Positions 22,990-33,484 of a DNA stretch of 64,000 nt are shown piece by piece; positions within the stretch are counted from its first letter, which is position 1; each line of letters starts with the position of its first letter. Under the pieces are notes generated by a model. The model saw only the letters and a list, made by a program, of their open reading frames with translations, was not told the origin of the DNA and searched no databases. The stretch spans positions 17,982 through 81,981 of the forward strand of contig CAVVUS010000012.1 in the NCBI GenBank assembly GCA_963751345.1, read 5' to 3'. The translations under genes were made by a program, and so were the position numbers. This stretch comes from an uncultured Chloroflexia bacterium. Its GTDB lineage: Bacteria > Chloroflexota > Anaerolineae > B4-G1 > SLSP01.

Positions 22990-23859
22990 TCACAACATCG
23001 CCTCAAGCTGCGACCAGAGTGCCGCGAAACGCTCACGATAGACCGGACGCACCTCCACGAGGGCCCGGCCCCGGGCAATGCCCTCAGCGATGCTCCGCTC
23101 CAGTGGGATACGCATCAGGATAGGGATGCCCTGAGCCGTGCAGTAGGCGTCCACACCTGCATCACCGATGCCGTCGCGATTCACGACGACGGCGACGGGC
23201 AGATGCAGTTCGTCGCGGGCAACCTGCACTGCCACCTTGAGATCGTGGTGCCCAAAAGGCGTGGGCTCGGTGACAAGCAACACGATGTCAGCCCCACGCA
23301 TCGTCTCCACAACCGGGCACGAGGCTCCCGGTGGCGCGTCCAGGATCACGGGTCGACCATCGACGGCATGGACGGTCGACCAGCGCTTGAGCTCACGGAG
23401 GATCGGCACCGCCATGGGCTTTCCCACGTCGAGGGTTCCCTGAGCAAACATGATATCGCCGGCGTGTCCGCGTTCCAGCAGACCGATTGCATCGGGCACC
23501 TCGTGAATCGCACCTGCGGGGCAGGCCCGCGTGCAACTCCCGCAGCCGTGACACAACTCGGAGAAAACCAGCACCTCGCGGCCGATCACAGCAATGGCGT
23601 GATATTGGCAGACCTCGGCACAGCGCCCGCAGGCCGTACAGGTTGCGGCATCGACTTCCGGGATGAGCTGGCTGACCGCACGCCGCTCGGTCAACTCGGG
23701 ACGCAGGAAGAGCGCTGCATTGGGCTCCTCGACGTCACAGTCGATGAACAGGGGGGCGCGGCCTGCCGGCAGCGGAGCGCCGGCTAGACTCAGGGCCAAG
23801 CTAACGGCCACGGTCGTCTTCCCCGTGCCACCTTTGCCGCTGGCTACAGCGACTCTCAT
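22990..23859 (-). CDS. MinD/ParA-superfamily P-loop ATPase with inserted ferredoxin domain (paralog)
   Basis: ASGKGGTGKTT, DCDVEEPN, two FeS motifs, DAPPGASC. Confidence 0.92.
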   Translation of the reverse strand: MRVAVASGKGGTGKTTVAVSLALSLAGAPLPAGRAPLFIDCDVEEPNAALFLRPELTERRAVSQLIPEVDAATCTACGRCAEVCQYHAIAVIGREVLVFSELCHGCGSCTRACPAGAIHEVPDAIGLLERGHAGDIMFAQGTLDVGKPMAVPILRELKRWSTVHAVDGRPVILDAPPGASCPVVETMRGADIVLLVTEPTPFGHHDLKVAVQVARDELHLPVAVVVNRDGIGDAGVDAYCTAQGIPILMRIPLERSIAEGIARGRALVEVRPVYRERFAALWSQLEAML

Positions 23860-23868
23860 CTTTCTGCG

Positions 23869-24243
23869 CTAGTGCCCGTGCTCGACGCTCTCAGCACACG
23901 CCGCAGCCCCGTTCAGCTCGCCGCTAAGATATTGGGCAATCGCATCCCCCACTGTGCCGCACGCGCCGGTCGCGGGCTCGATGCCATACTGGCGGAAGAA
24001 GTCTACCGCCCGTCCGCCCATGCCCCCGCTGAGCATCACGTTCGCCCCCAGGCTATGGACGAAGCCGGGCACCTGCCCCGGCTAGTGGTTGGCATAGTAA
24101 GGGTTGGCGACCATCTCCACGCTTTGGATATCCTGTCCTTCGACCTCCACAACCGCGAAGAACGGGCAACGCCCGAAGTGAGGGCTGATGGGCGCAGCCA
24201 GGCCCTGATCGTTGGCAACCGAGACGGCAATTCGTGTGGTCAT
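23869..24243 (-). CDS. NifB/NifX-family FeMo-cofactor-binding domain protein; in-frame TAG at 24082-24084
   Basis: ISPHFGRCPFF...NPYYANH*PGQVPGF...GGMGGRA. Confidence 0.8.
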
Positions 24244-24290
24244 AAATCCTCCTGTTGAGTGAGCAATTGAGTGATTGAGATTAGGGGCGG

Positions 24291-25091
24291 CTAGCGCCCT
24301 TGGTGACGTCCGCCACGCAAGCCGGCGTGATCCACCCCGGCAGTCTCCAGGGGCGCTAACCGCCCGGTCTGGTAGGCTTCCATCACATCTCGAACCGTGG
24401 CGCCCTCCAGCTGGTAGGCAGGGATGCCTGCGGCCTGGATCACACGGAAGGCATTTGGGCCAAGGCTGGGCGCAATGACTGCCTGCACACCGTGCTGCAC
24501 GACCGTCTGCGCCGCCTGCACCCCTGCGCCACCGGACGCGTCCAGCGCCGGGTTGGGGACGGCCTCGAATGCCCCGGTCTCCGGGTCCACAAAGATAAAC
24601 GTCGGGCAACGCCCAAAGACAGGGCTGGTGGGCGATGTCAGATCCGCGCCGTTGGCAGGGATCACAATCTGCATAGGACTCTCCTTCTCGTCGCTGAGTG
24701 TTGCTCCGGATTCAAGGCCCCGCTCAGGGCCGAGCTCATCGTGAAGCGCAAGGAAATACTCGATCACTTGTTGTGTTCCGCGCAGTTGTGCCACGCAGCA
24801 GCGCAGCACCTCCCGTCCCAGCGGCGTAAGCGCATAGACCCGCCGCGGCGGGCCCTGGGTCGTTTCGTCATCCATCGTCGAAATGATCTGGCCCTGGGCC
24901 TCCATATCGCGCAGGGCGCGATAGATGACGGTCGGCGCCAGGAAATCCAGCCCGAACTCTGCCATCCGGCCCAGGAGTGTGTACCCATGGGACGGGGCTT
25001 GCTCCAGCAACAGCAGCAGAGCGGGGTCGAGGAACTGCCCGATCCGCCGGTTGCATCCGCGCCCCCTGCAACCACGTCGCCGATTCCACAC
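24291..25091 (-). CDS. PadR-family regulator fused to a NifB/NifX domain
   Basis: PSHGYTL..IYRALRDME..GPPRRVYALT followed by SPVFGRCPTF..GAGVQAA..GPNAF. Confidence 0.85.
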   Translation of the reverse strand: MWNRRRGCRGRGCNRRIGQFLDPALLLLLEQAPSHGYTLLGRMAEFGLDFLAPTVIYRALRDMEAQGQIISTMDDETTQGPPRRVYALTPLGREVLRCCVAQLRGTQQVIEYFLALHDELGPERGLESGATLSDEKESPMQIVIPANGADLTSPTSPVFGRCPTFIFVDPETGAFEAVPNPALDASGGAGVQAAQTVVQHGVQAVIAPSLGPNAFRVIQAAGIPAYQLEGATVRDVMEAYQTGRLAPLETAGVDHAGLRGGRHQGR

Positions 25092-25121
25092 ATCCACCTC
25101 CGCCTCTAGTGTAATCACTAG

Positions 25122-25199
25122 TGACAGATTGTCAATAGAAACAATTGCGAGATCATCGATCTGCCTAATTTTGCCCACACGTCCGTCCTGTGCTACAAT
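25122..25199. promoter_or_regulatory. Divergent promoter region with palindromic operator candidate
   Basis: TGACAgatTGTCA palindrome at 25122-34; extended -10 TGcTACAAT at about 25191-99 on the + strand. Confidence 0.5.
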
Positions 25200-25240
25200 G
25201 GGCATGAAAGGTAGGATCACTAACAAGAAGGGAGCGACCA

Positions 25241-26014
25241 ATGCAGTACTATGAACTCGCCACAGGCTACAAGATGCCCGCGCTGGGACTGGGGACGTGG
25301 CAACTGAGAGGCCATACGTGTACGCGGGCGGTCCGTACGGCCCTGGATCTGGGGTATGATCACATCGACACCGCCGAGAATTACGGCAACCACACGGCGA
25401 TCCGGGAAGCCCTGGAGGGATACGACCGTGAGAAGCTCTTCATCACGACGAAGATCCCGCATAGCGAGCTGCGGCACGATGACGTGCTGGCAATGGCCGA
25501 CCGCGCGCTGTCGGAGCTCGGGGTCGATTATCTCGACCTCCTGCTCATCCACTGGCCCAACGACCAGATCCCACTGTCGGAGACCCTGCCTGCGATGGCC
25601 AAGTTGGTACGACAGGGCAAAGTGCGCAGCATCGGCGTGAGCAACTTCATGATCCACCATCTGGAGGAGGCGCTTCGTGTGACCGAGGTGCCCATCACGG
25701 TCGACCAGGTGAAATTCCACCCCTATCACAACCAGCGGGATCTCCTGGACTACTGCAAGGAGAAGGGGATCGTAGTGACCGCTTACTCACCCTTCGGAAA
25801 CGGTTCGCTGATCGGCGACACAGCGCTCAGGCGCATCGCGGAAAAGTATGATCGAAGTATGCCCCAGGTCGTCCTGAGATGGCTGCTGACCAAGGGACTC
25901 GTGGTCATCCCGAAGTCCGGAAACCCCGACCACATCGCGGCCAACATGGACATCTTTGACTGGGAACTTGATGCCGAGGATTTCGAAGCCATCGAAGCGC
26001 TTGGACAACGTTAG
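25241..26014 (+). CDS. Aldo/keto reductase (DkgA/B-like)
   Basis: LGLGTW, HIDTAENYGN, YLDLLLIHWP, IGVSNF, IPKS. Confidence 0.93.
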   Translation: MQYYELATGYKMPALGLGTWQLRGHTCTRAVRTALDLGYDHIDTAENYGNHTAIREALEGYDREKLFITTKIPHSELRHDDVLAMADRALSELGVDYLDLLLIHWPNDQIPLSETLPAMAKLVRQGKVRSIGVSNFMIHHLEEALRVTEVPITVDQVKFHPYHNQRDLLDYCKEKGIVVTAYSPFGNGSLIGDTALRRIAEKYDRSMPQVVLRWLLTKGLVVIPKSGNPDHIAANMDIFDWELDAEDFEAIEALGQR

Positions 26015-26048
26015 CTTCCAATGAAAGGGTAGGGTCACAAGGATTGCC

Positions 26049-28260
26049 GTGAAAGCAGAAGTCAGACCGCACAACGGAACACCCACGCTCTTCCTGAACG
26101 GTGAGCCGGCCTTTGCCGGCTATCTGTGGGCGACCGCGCCCACGACGACGGACTACCCGGTCGCTGACGTGGTGCGAGCTTACGCAGACGCCGGCATTCA
26201 CCTGCACGCCTTCGACGTGGGCTCGGTCGGGCAGATGCCCGAGTGGTCCGGGCCGGGCCCGGGCCACTCGGGACCGTACGACTTCTCCACCGTTGAGGCC
26301 CGCTACGGTCGCATCCTCGATGCCGACCCTGACGCCCAGTTCCACCTACGCGTCCACCTCGAACTGCGGCGCGGTCGCAATGACTGGTGGCTGGATCGCT
26401 ATCCCGACGAGCGCGATCTGGATTCTGAGGGGGAGCGAACCACCCAGTCCTTCGCGTCGGAGGTGTGGAGGGAGCAAGGCAACGCCTTCCTCCAGGCCTA
26501 CATCGCGCACCTCCAGGACACCGGGCTCGACAAGCACGTCATCGCTTACCAGATCGGCGCGGGGCACACCGGGGAGTGGGTCAAAGGTCATACCTCAATG
26601 TGGCATACCTGCGGCGACTACAGCCTGCCGATGCAACGCTGCTTTCGCGACTGGCTCCGCCGGACGTATCACGACGACGTCGTCGAGCTGCGAGCGGCGT
26701 GGAACGATCCCAGCGGCCTCTTTCGAGACCGCCCAGGTGCCCTCCGCGCTCGCCCAGCTTACCACGACGCACATGGCGTTTCGCGACCCGCGACAGGAAC
26801 AGGCGGTCATCGACAGCCTATCGCTGCCTTGCCGACCGCTGCGCCGATCTGATCGTCGACTTCTGCACCACCGTCAAGACGGCGACGCACGACCAGGCCT
26901 TGGCGGGCGCCTTCTACGGCTATCTGATGGAGCTGGCGTGGAACGCCGGCTTCTTCGCCGAGAACGTGGACTCACCCTATGGCACGACCCAGCGCAGCGG
27001 GCACCTGGGCCTCAACAAGGTCCTCCACGCGCCGCAGGTCGATTTCCTCGTCAGCCCCTACAGCTACGGATTCCGCGGCATCGGTGGCTATGGGGCCGCG
27101 ATGCCGCCGTCGGAGTCGATGCGACGCCACGGCAAGCTCTTCATCTTCGAGGACGATACCCGCACGCACCTGGCGCCACCCGACGCAGGGTTCGGGCGCG
27201 CGGCCTCGCCGGACGACAGCGAGGCCATCCTCAAGCGGAACTTCGCCGAGGTGGTCACCCGCGGCTATGGCATCTGGTGGCTGGGCAACCCCGGGCATAT
27301 CGACCCGGTGCGGGCGCCCGCTTTCGGACCCCTGCTGGCTCGGTTCCAGGAATTGGGCACCTTCGCCCTCTCGCTCGACCGGGCGCCGAGCGCTGAGATC
27401 GCGATGCTGGTCGACGATGAGAGCTACTATTACGAGTCGCTGCGCAGCGACCTGGACCTGGCCCTGATCTCACAGCAGCGTCTGTGGGGGATTCCCCGAT
27501 TGGGCGCGCCCACCGACACTTACCTGCTCCAGGACCTGATCGATGGGAACCTGCCGCCCTACAAGCTCTACATCTTGCTCAATGCCTTCCACCTGGATGA
27601 GGCGCGACGGGCAGCCCTGTTGCGGCAACTCAAGCGCGACGGACGTACCGCGCTGTGGCTCTACGCGCCGGGATACATCGACGAGGCACCCGGCCTGGAT
27701 TCGATGGCGGCCCTCACGGGGTTCAGCTTCGGCAGGGGCGATCACGCCTGGATCCAGACGATGCACCTCACTAACTTCGATCATCCGATCACGGCGGGGC
27801 TGCCGCAGGACCTCTCGTGGGAGACCGGTGCCAAGGTTGGGCCGCAGTTCCACCTGGAGGACGACGAGGCCACCATCCTCGGCGAGAACGTCTACGCCCA
27901 GGGACGGTGCAGGCCGGGATTCGGCGTCAAGGTCTTCTCCGGAGTGGACCTCCGTCTACAGCGCCGTCCCGAACCTCCCGGCGCCGGTGCTGCGCGGCAT
28001 CGCGCGCGCCGCGGGCGTCCACCTCTACAGCGAGGCCGGCGACGTGCTCTTCGCGTCACGCCAGCTTTTCGGGGCGCACACCGTCTCGGGCGGCCCGCGC
28101 ACGTTCGCCCTGCCTCGCCCCGTCGAGGTGGTCTACGATCTCTTCGAGCGGCAAACGGTCGCCGAGAACACGTCAGAGATCAAGGTGACACTGCAGCCGC
28201 GATCGACGGTGCTGTACTATACGGGGGATGCAGAGCGTCTGAATCACGGATTCAGCGGAG
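26049..28260 (+). CDS. GH42/beta-galactosidase-like glycoside hydrolase; frameshifts near 26720, 26820 and 27940; 3' end approximate
   Basis: SFASEVW, IAYQIGAGHTGEW, DFLVSPYSY, FEDDTRT, C-terminal AAGVHLY trimerisation-like region. Confidence 0.7.
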
Positions 28261-28383
28261 CGGGGCGGATGACACGGGAGAGATTCCACCTTCCGGGTAT
28301 GCTCACGCCGTCCGCGGCGACCCGGAAGGTGAGAAGTCTCCGTGTCAGTAATCCGCGAATCCGTGATTCAGACAATCCGCGTC

Positions 28384-28729
28384 TTATGATTCTCCGCGGC
28401 GGGGCACGATGCAGATGAACTCAAACGACGGCGAGCCCGCGTTCTCGAAATGGTGGACCTCGTTGTCGGGCACGTAGATGAAGTCGCCCGCCTGCACGGG
28501 CGTCTGGTTGCCGTCCGCGTCGACGGCAAGCCCGTGTCCCGACCTCGACCTTCACCAGGTGCGGCCAATCGTGGGCGTGGTGCGGCGTCGCGCCGCCCGG
28601 CGCCAGCCGGAAGTAGCGCATCACGATCTCGTTCGAGCCGTCATCCGGCCCGATCAACACCTGCTTCTTCACACCCTCGTAGCCTGACGCAGCGGCGAAG
28701 GGAACGTCCTGTAGCTTCTTGATGATCAT
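28384..28729 (-). CDS. Cupin domain protein; one frameshift
   Basis: MRYFRLAPGGATPHHAHDWPH...GDFIYVPDNEVHHF..FICIVP. Confidence 0.85.
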
Positions 28730-28857
28730 TGACCTCTCCTGTGAATGGAATGCGGGGCGCCCCCAAGACGCAGCACGGGGTGAGCGGCTCCTTGAGACGA
28801 AGCCAAGTATAGATCATCTTGGCGCTGCAACAAAGGGCGACATCCAGGAAATCTCTG

Positions 28858-30625
28858 CTACGTCGCCGTCTCCTGCCAGAGCTCGCGCATCTCCTCGCTC
28901 GTCGCCAGCAGCACGTCCAGCGGGCCGTCGGCCTCGACGCGACCATCCTTGAGCAGGATCACACGATCGGCGCGAGCGAGCACGGCACGCCTGTGCGACA
29001 CGACCAGGCAGGTAGCGTCCCGTCGCGCGAAGACCCGCTCCCACAGCGCCTGCTCGGTCTCCACATCCAGCGCACTCGAGAGGTCGTCAAAGACCAGGAG
29101 CTCCGGATCGCGCACGAACATCCGCGCCGCAGCCGCGCGCTGCATCTGCCCGCCCGAGAGTTTGACGCCCCGCGGACCTACAAGCGTCTCCAGCCCGTGG
29201 TCGAGGGCCGCGAGGTCCTCCTCCATCACGGCCTTGTGAATCGCGGCGGCAACGTCGACGCCCGCCCCATCGGCGGGCATGCCCATCAGGATGTTGTCAC
29301 GCAGCGTGTCGCTGAAAAGCCGCGGCACCTGGGGCGTGTAAGCACACCGCGGCGGAATCAGGAACGTCGCCGGGTCCGTCACCACCTCGTCGTTCCACGT
29401 GATCTCCCCAGCATCGCGCGGCAGTAAGCCCAATAAGGCGCGCAGCAGCGTGCTCTTGCCCGACCCAACCCTCCCGGTCACGACGGCAAACTCGCCCTGT
29501 TGGATGTGCAGATTGATGTCCTCAATACCGCGACCTGCGTCGGGATAGCGATAGGTGAGGCCGCTGACGTTCAGTGACTCAAGCCGGTGTTCGGCAGTTC
29601 GCAACGCGAAGGGGATGTCCCGAAGCTCCTTTTTCACGACGACGGGACGGGGTGCGACGAGCGTCTCGGCGGGTGCGCCCTGCAGCAACTCCGTCATCCG
29701 TCGCAGCGAGACCGTCGTTTGTTGGCCCCAGGCCGTCATGTTGCCGATGGCCGTGATTCCATACGTGACGGGGCTGAGATACGTGACGAAGAGCGCGAAG
29801 TCCCCGACGGTGAACGTGCCGTTCCCCATCGCTTGGGCGCCCAGCAGCAAGATCAGGCCCATGCAGATGTCCACGGCGCTATCGTGGATGGTCCACCGCA
29901 TCTCGGAGAATATAGCATCCTTCAAAGCCGCCTTGCGCCGTGCCTCATTGATCCGGTCGAAGCGCTCCTTCGTCCGCCCCTCGGCGCCGTTCACCTTGAC
30001 CGCAAGCACGTTACCGAAGACGTCGCCGATGAAGGCCGTGACGCGCCCGGCAGCCGCGCGGCTGGCAGCGCGATACCTCTGCATATAGCGACTGAGGATG
30101 AAGACCGTCACGATGACAATGGCCAGGGGAATCAGAAGCGCCAGGGTCAGACGGGCGTTCACGCGCAGCAAGATGGCCAATCCTGCCAGCGCCGCACCAA
30201 ACTGGCCGATCACCTCGACCGTCCAATCGGCACTGAAGTCGGCCATGTGATAGACGTCGCCACGGAAGCGGCTGATAGCCTCACCCGACGTGCCGGGTAG
30301 CGCGCGGGCTCCCGGTCGCTTGAGGATGTGCTCAAGCATGTTCATCTGCAGCAGACCAAAGGTCTCGAAGTAGAAGGGCACCCACGCTGCCTGCCCGACG
30401 ATCAGCATGGCCATCCGGGCCACGGCGATCCCCACAAGCAGTGCCAGCAGGGTGGGCAGATTGGTGCCGGCAGGGGCCGAACCGGTGAGCACATCGAACA
30501 CCTGCCGGGTGATCAGACCCGGCAGCAGAGGCAGGAAGCGGATCGTCGTCCAACTCAACAGCGCAGAGTGCATATTGCCGCGGCCAGTGCCGGATGATCT
30601 TGACGGTGGCGCCCCACACGTTCAT
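28858..30625 (-). CDS. ABC exporter, TMD-NBD fused (half of a heterodimer); frameshift near 5' end
   Basis: [27 protein letters not shown] (degenerate Walker B). Confidence 0.9.
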
Positions 30626-32457
30626 ACCAGCACCTCCTCCAGCCCGGTGCGCAGCAGGCCGGCAAACCGGGAGTCAGGGTTCGCGGCAAGCGCGAGCCGG
30701 TCGTCGAACTCCACGATCCGACCGGACTCCAGGATCATGATCTTGTCCGCGCGATGGACGGTGGCGAGACGGTGGGCCACGATCACGGCCGTTCGCCCCC
30801 TGAAGAGTCGGTCGATCGCACGCTCCATCAGCCGTTCGGTCAGTGGGTCGAGTCGCGAGGAGGCCTCGTCGAGGATCACGAGACCCGGGTCTCGCAGGAA
30901 GACGCGGGTGAAGGCCAGGAGCTGGGCCTCGCCGGCGGAGAGCCCTGCGTTGTTGCCCTGCAACGGTGTGTCCAGACCCTCCGGCAGGTGATCGAGCCAT
31001 GGCCCCAGCCCCAACTCCTCAACGACCGCCAGGATTGTCTCGTCGGTGATGCTCTCGTTGAAGAGCGTGAGGTTGTCCCGAACGCTGGCCTCAAAGAGAT
31101 GCACGTCCTGGGTCACGATCCCAACCCGGTATCGCAGGTCCGCCAGTGGGATGTCCCGCAGATCGACCCCGCCGACCCGCACCTCTCCACTCAGCGGATC
31201 GTACAGGCGACAAAGAAGCCGCGTGATCGTGGTCTTGCCGCTGCCGGTGCGTCCCAGGATGCCGACGACCTGCCCCGCATCCAGGGACCAGCCAAGATCC
31301 TTGAGGACCAGGCCCTCGTCCTCATATCCGAAGTCGACGTCGTTGAAGGCAACGGCGAGCGGCCCGGCGGGCAGCCGCAGCGCCCGCTCCGCAGGGGGCT
31401 CCTGGACCTGGGGAGTCGTGTCAAAGAGCTCGCGAATCCGCTCGATACTGCCGGTCGCCGACTGCAGGTCGCGAAGCTGGCGGGCGAGCTGGTTGAGCGG
31501 CCACTGGAGCATCGTATTGTACTGGAAGACGAGATAGACCGCCCCAATCGTGATCTTGCCCTGCAGCATCAGAGTGCCACCCAGCCCCAACGCCAGGACC
31601 GTGCCGAGCGCCAGCACCCCTTCGGTGAAACCCCAGTTCAGCGCGACGCTGGCGACGAACGCCTTCCGGCTCGCACGGAACAGCCCGGTGATGGCCAACT
31701 GCAAGCCGCGCATCACGTAGGCCACGGCACCGTTGGCCCGGATGTCCTCGGTGCCCCCGAGGCGCTCCTCCAGGAAACCGAAGAGCTCCGAGCTGGCCTG
31801 GCGCTGCGCCTTCCACATGGGCGCCGTGATGCTGACCGACTTGCTGAGCACCGCCGCCACAATCACCGCAAAGAACAGAAAGCTGGCGCCAATCCGCCAG
31901 TCCTCCCGGAAGAGCAGCACCAGGATGCCCACGAGCAGCACTGCATTCCCCAGGATCTGGATCACAAACTGGGAGAAGAAGTTGGACAGCACGTCCACAT
32001 CGCCATCGATGCGCTCGATAATGCCGCCGGGCGTCTGCGCGTTGTGAAAGGGCATATCCAGCCCCAGGCAATGCCCCGCCAGGTCGCCGCGCATCGCATT
32101 GGTGGTCCGCCAACGCACGTCCTGGGTCACGTAGGTCGTCACCAATTGCATCACCCGCCCGATCACCACAAGGGTAAAGAAGAGCGTGGCCAGGCGGATC
32201 AGGACGTCGGAGACACCGCCCGCTTGCCCGGCAGTCTGCTGCTCCGCGGTCTGCTCCGCCGCAGTCTGCTGCGCCGCAGTCTGCTGCGCGAGGTCAATGA
32301 ACTGGCGCAGGATCTGCGGCGTCCAGAGCTGCAGCCCGATGCCGGCCAAGAGCAGCACCGCCAGCAGCGCCACCTGGCGCTTCAGGGGGCGCAGATAAGT
32401 GCTGAGCAGCGATTGGTATTGCCTCAGAATATCCAGCGATGATCCGTTCACGGACAC
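30622..32457 (-). CDS. ABC exporter, TMD-NBD fused (half of a heterodimer)
   Basis: GRTGSGKTT, LSAGEAQL, ILDEASSRLD, AHRL. Confidence 0.92.
   Translation of the reverse strand: MSVNGSSLDILRQYQSLLSTYLRPLKRQVALLAVLLLAGIGLQLWTPQILRQFIDLAQQTAAQQTAAEQTAEQQTAGQAGGVSDVLIRLATLFFTLVVIGRVMQLVTTYVTQDVRWRTTNAMRGDLAGHCLGLDMPFHNAQTPGGIIERIDGDVDVLSNFFSQFVIQILGNAVLLVGILVLLFREDWRIGASFLFFAVIVAAVLSKSVSITAPMWKAQRQASSELFGFLEERLGGTEDIRANGAVAYVMRGLQLAITGLFRASRKAFVASVALNWGFTEGVLALGTVLALGLGGTLMLQGKITIGAVYLVFQYNTMLQWPLNQLARQLRDLQSATGSIERIRELFDTTPQVQEPPAERALRLPAGPLAVAFNDVDFGYEDEGLVLKDLGWSLDAGQVVGILGRTGSGKTTITRLLCRLYDPLSGEVRVGGVDLRDIPLADLRYRVGIVTQDVHLFEASVRDNLTLFNESITDETILAVVEELGLGPWLDHLPEGLDTPLQGNNAGLSAGEAQLLAFTRVFLRDPGLVILDEASSRLDPLTERLMERAIDRLFRGRTAVIVAHRLATVHRADKIMILESGRIVEFDDRLALAANPDSRFAGLLRTGLEEVLV
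32231..32290 (-). repeat. Four in-frame 15-bp tandem repeats (xQTAx) in an exporter loop
   Basis: AQQTA AQQTA AEQTA EQQTA. Confidence 0.85.
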
Positions 32458-32519
32458 CGGCGATCTCCTCGTCTGTGGTTTGAGGGCCGAACGGATAGTC
32501 TACACCCGCCGCACTTGGC

Positions 32520-32712
32520 GCCAAGAGAAACGCGCCACGCTCGGCGCGCCGCCTTGACTAGGGCAATCGCACTGGGCCTTCCAGGAAGCTGCATAGTGCC
32601 CTTCAGCGGCAGTCCTTCCCGGGGTCGCGAGCGGTCCTACATCGTAACGCGCTTCCCAGCTTCCCGGAAGGTTCTCTCACCGGCGCCGTCCCTGCCCAAA
32701 CGGCACCTGAAC
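32520..32712 (-). promoter_or_regulatory. Structured 5' leader / palindromic element upstream of the ABC exporter pair
   Basis: 15-bp stem CCTTCCGGGAAGCTG...CAGCTTCCTGGAAGG, 8-bp GGTGCCGT/ACGGCGCC hairpin, then GCGCGCC-loop-GGCGCGT-TTCTCTT terminator-like hairpin. Confidence 0.45.
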
Positions 32713-32813
32713 CTGCAGTGAGCGCAAGCCACTAAGGCGTGGAGGCGGTCGCGGCTCGACCGCCTCCCTTACCACACTCCCGACTTCGGACTCCGGACAC
32801 TAAAGTCCGGCAC

Positions 32814-32845
32814 AAAAAACGCCCCGTGGCCAAGGCCACGGGGCG
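32814..32845 (-). terminator. Rho-independent terminator of the LysM gene
   Basis: CGCCCCGTGGCC/GGCCACGGGGCG stem followed by T6 on the minus strand. Confidence 0.85.
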
Positions 32846-32865
32846 CGTCGGTAGACGAGTAGCGT

Positions 32866-33438
32866 CTACTCCTTAGGCAGCTTCAGTTCCTGACCCACGC
32901 GGATCAAGTTCGGATTCGAGATCTGGTCCTTGTTCATCTCGTGGATCTCAGGCCACCGAGCCGCACTGCCCAACTGCTCCTTGGCGATCTTGCTGAGGCT
33001 GTCGCCCCCTTTCACGACGTAGATGCGGGGCTTCGCGGCTTCAGCGGCTGCCTTTTGGGCGTCCGTCTGAGCCCGGAACTCCTCCAACCGCTTCTGGGCT
33101 TCTTCCTCCTTGGCCTTCAGTGAGGCCGCCATGGCCGCTGCCTTCCGGTCGGCCTCTGCCTTTGCCGCCCTCTCCTCGGCTGCCTTCCGCCTGGCCTCAG
33201 CTTCAGCGGCTGCAGCCTCTGCCTTGGCTTTGGCCTCTGCGGCGGCCCGGTTCTCCTCGATCTTGCGCCGGGTCTCCTCTATCTCGGCCTGGCCCTTGGC
33301 CTTTGCGGCGGCGGCCTTTGCGGCGGTCTCCTCAGCAGCCTTGGCTGCAGCAGCCGCCTCGGCGGCTGCCTTCTCATCGCGCTGCGAGACGGCGTCGACC
33401 AGCTTGCCAAACAGACCTTTCTTCTCCTCATCGGCCAT
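32866..33438 (-). CDS. LysM domain protein with Ala/Lys/Glu-rich coiled coil and no signal peptide
   Basis: YVVKGGDSLSKIAK..GSAARWPEI...NPNLIRVGQELKLP. Confidence 0.9.
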   Translation of the reverse strand: MADEEKKGLFGKLVDAVSQRDEKAAAEAAAAAKAAEETAAKAAAAKAKGQAEIEETRRKIEENRAAAEAKAKAEAAAAEAEARRKAAEERAAKAEADRKAAAMAASLKAKEEEAQKRLEEFRAQTDAQKAAAEAAKPRIYVVKGGDSLSKIAKEQLGSAARWPEIHEMNKDQISNPNLIRVGQELKLPKE

Positions 33439-33484
33439 GATCTATTCTCCTTATACGGGTACGAGATAGGGGTACGAGACGGAA

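Noticed and set aside
22038-25091. Nitrogen fixation cluster
   Set aside because: NifX-like domains and MinD-type ATPases only; no nifHDK
30754-32442. 562-aa + strand ORF, and similar long antisense ORFs (52040-53311, 54271-55584, 49326-50402)
   Set aside because: Shadow ORFs opposite well-supported genes, expected at high GC
32560-32700. 6S RNA, SRP RNA or lysine/cobalamin riboswitch
   Set aside because: A long stem is present but I could not find the diagnostic conserved blocks of these families; kept as unassigned
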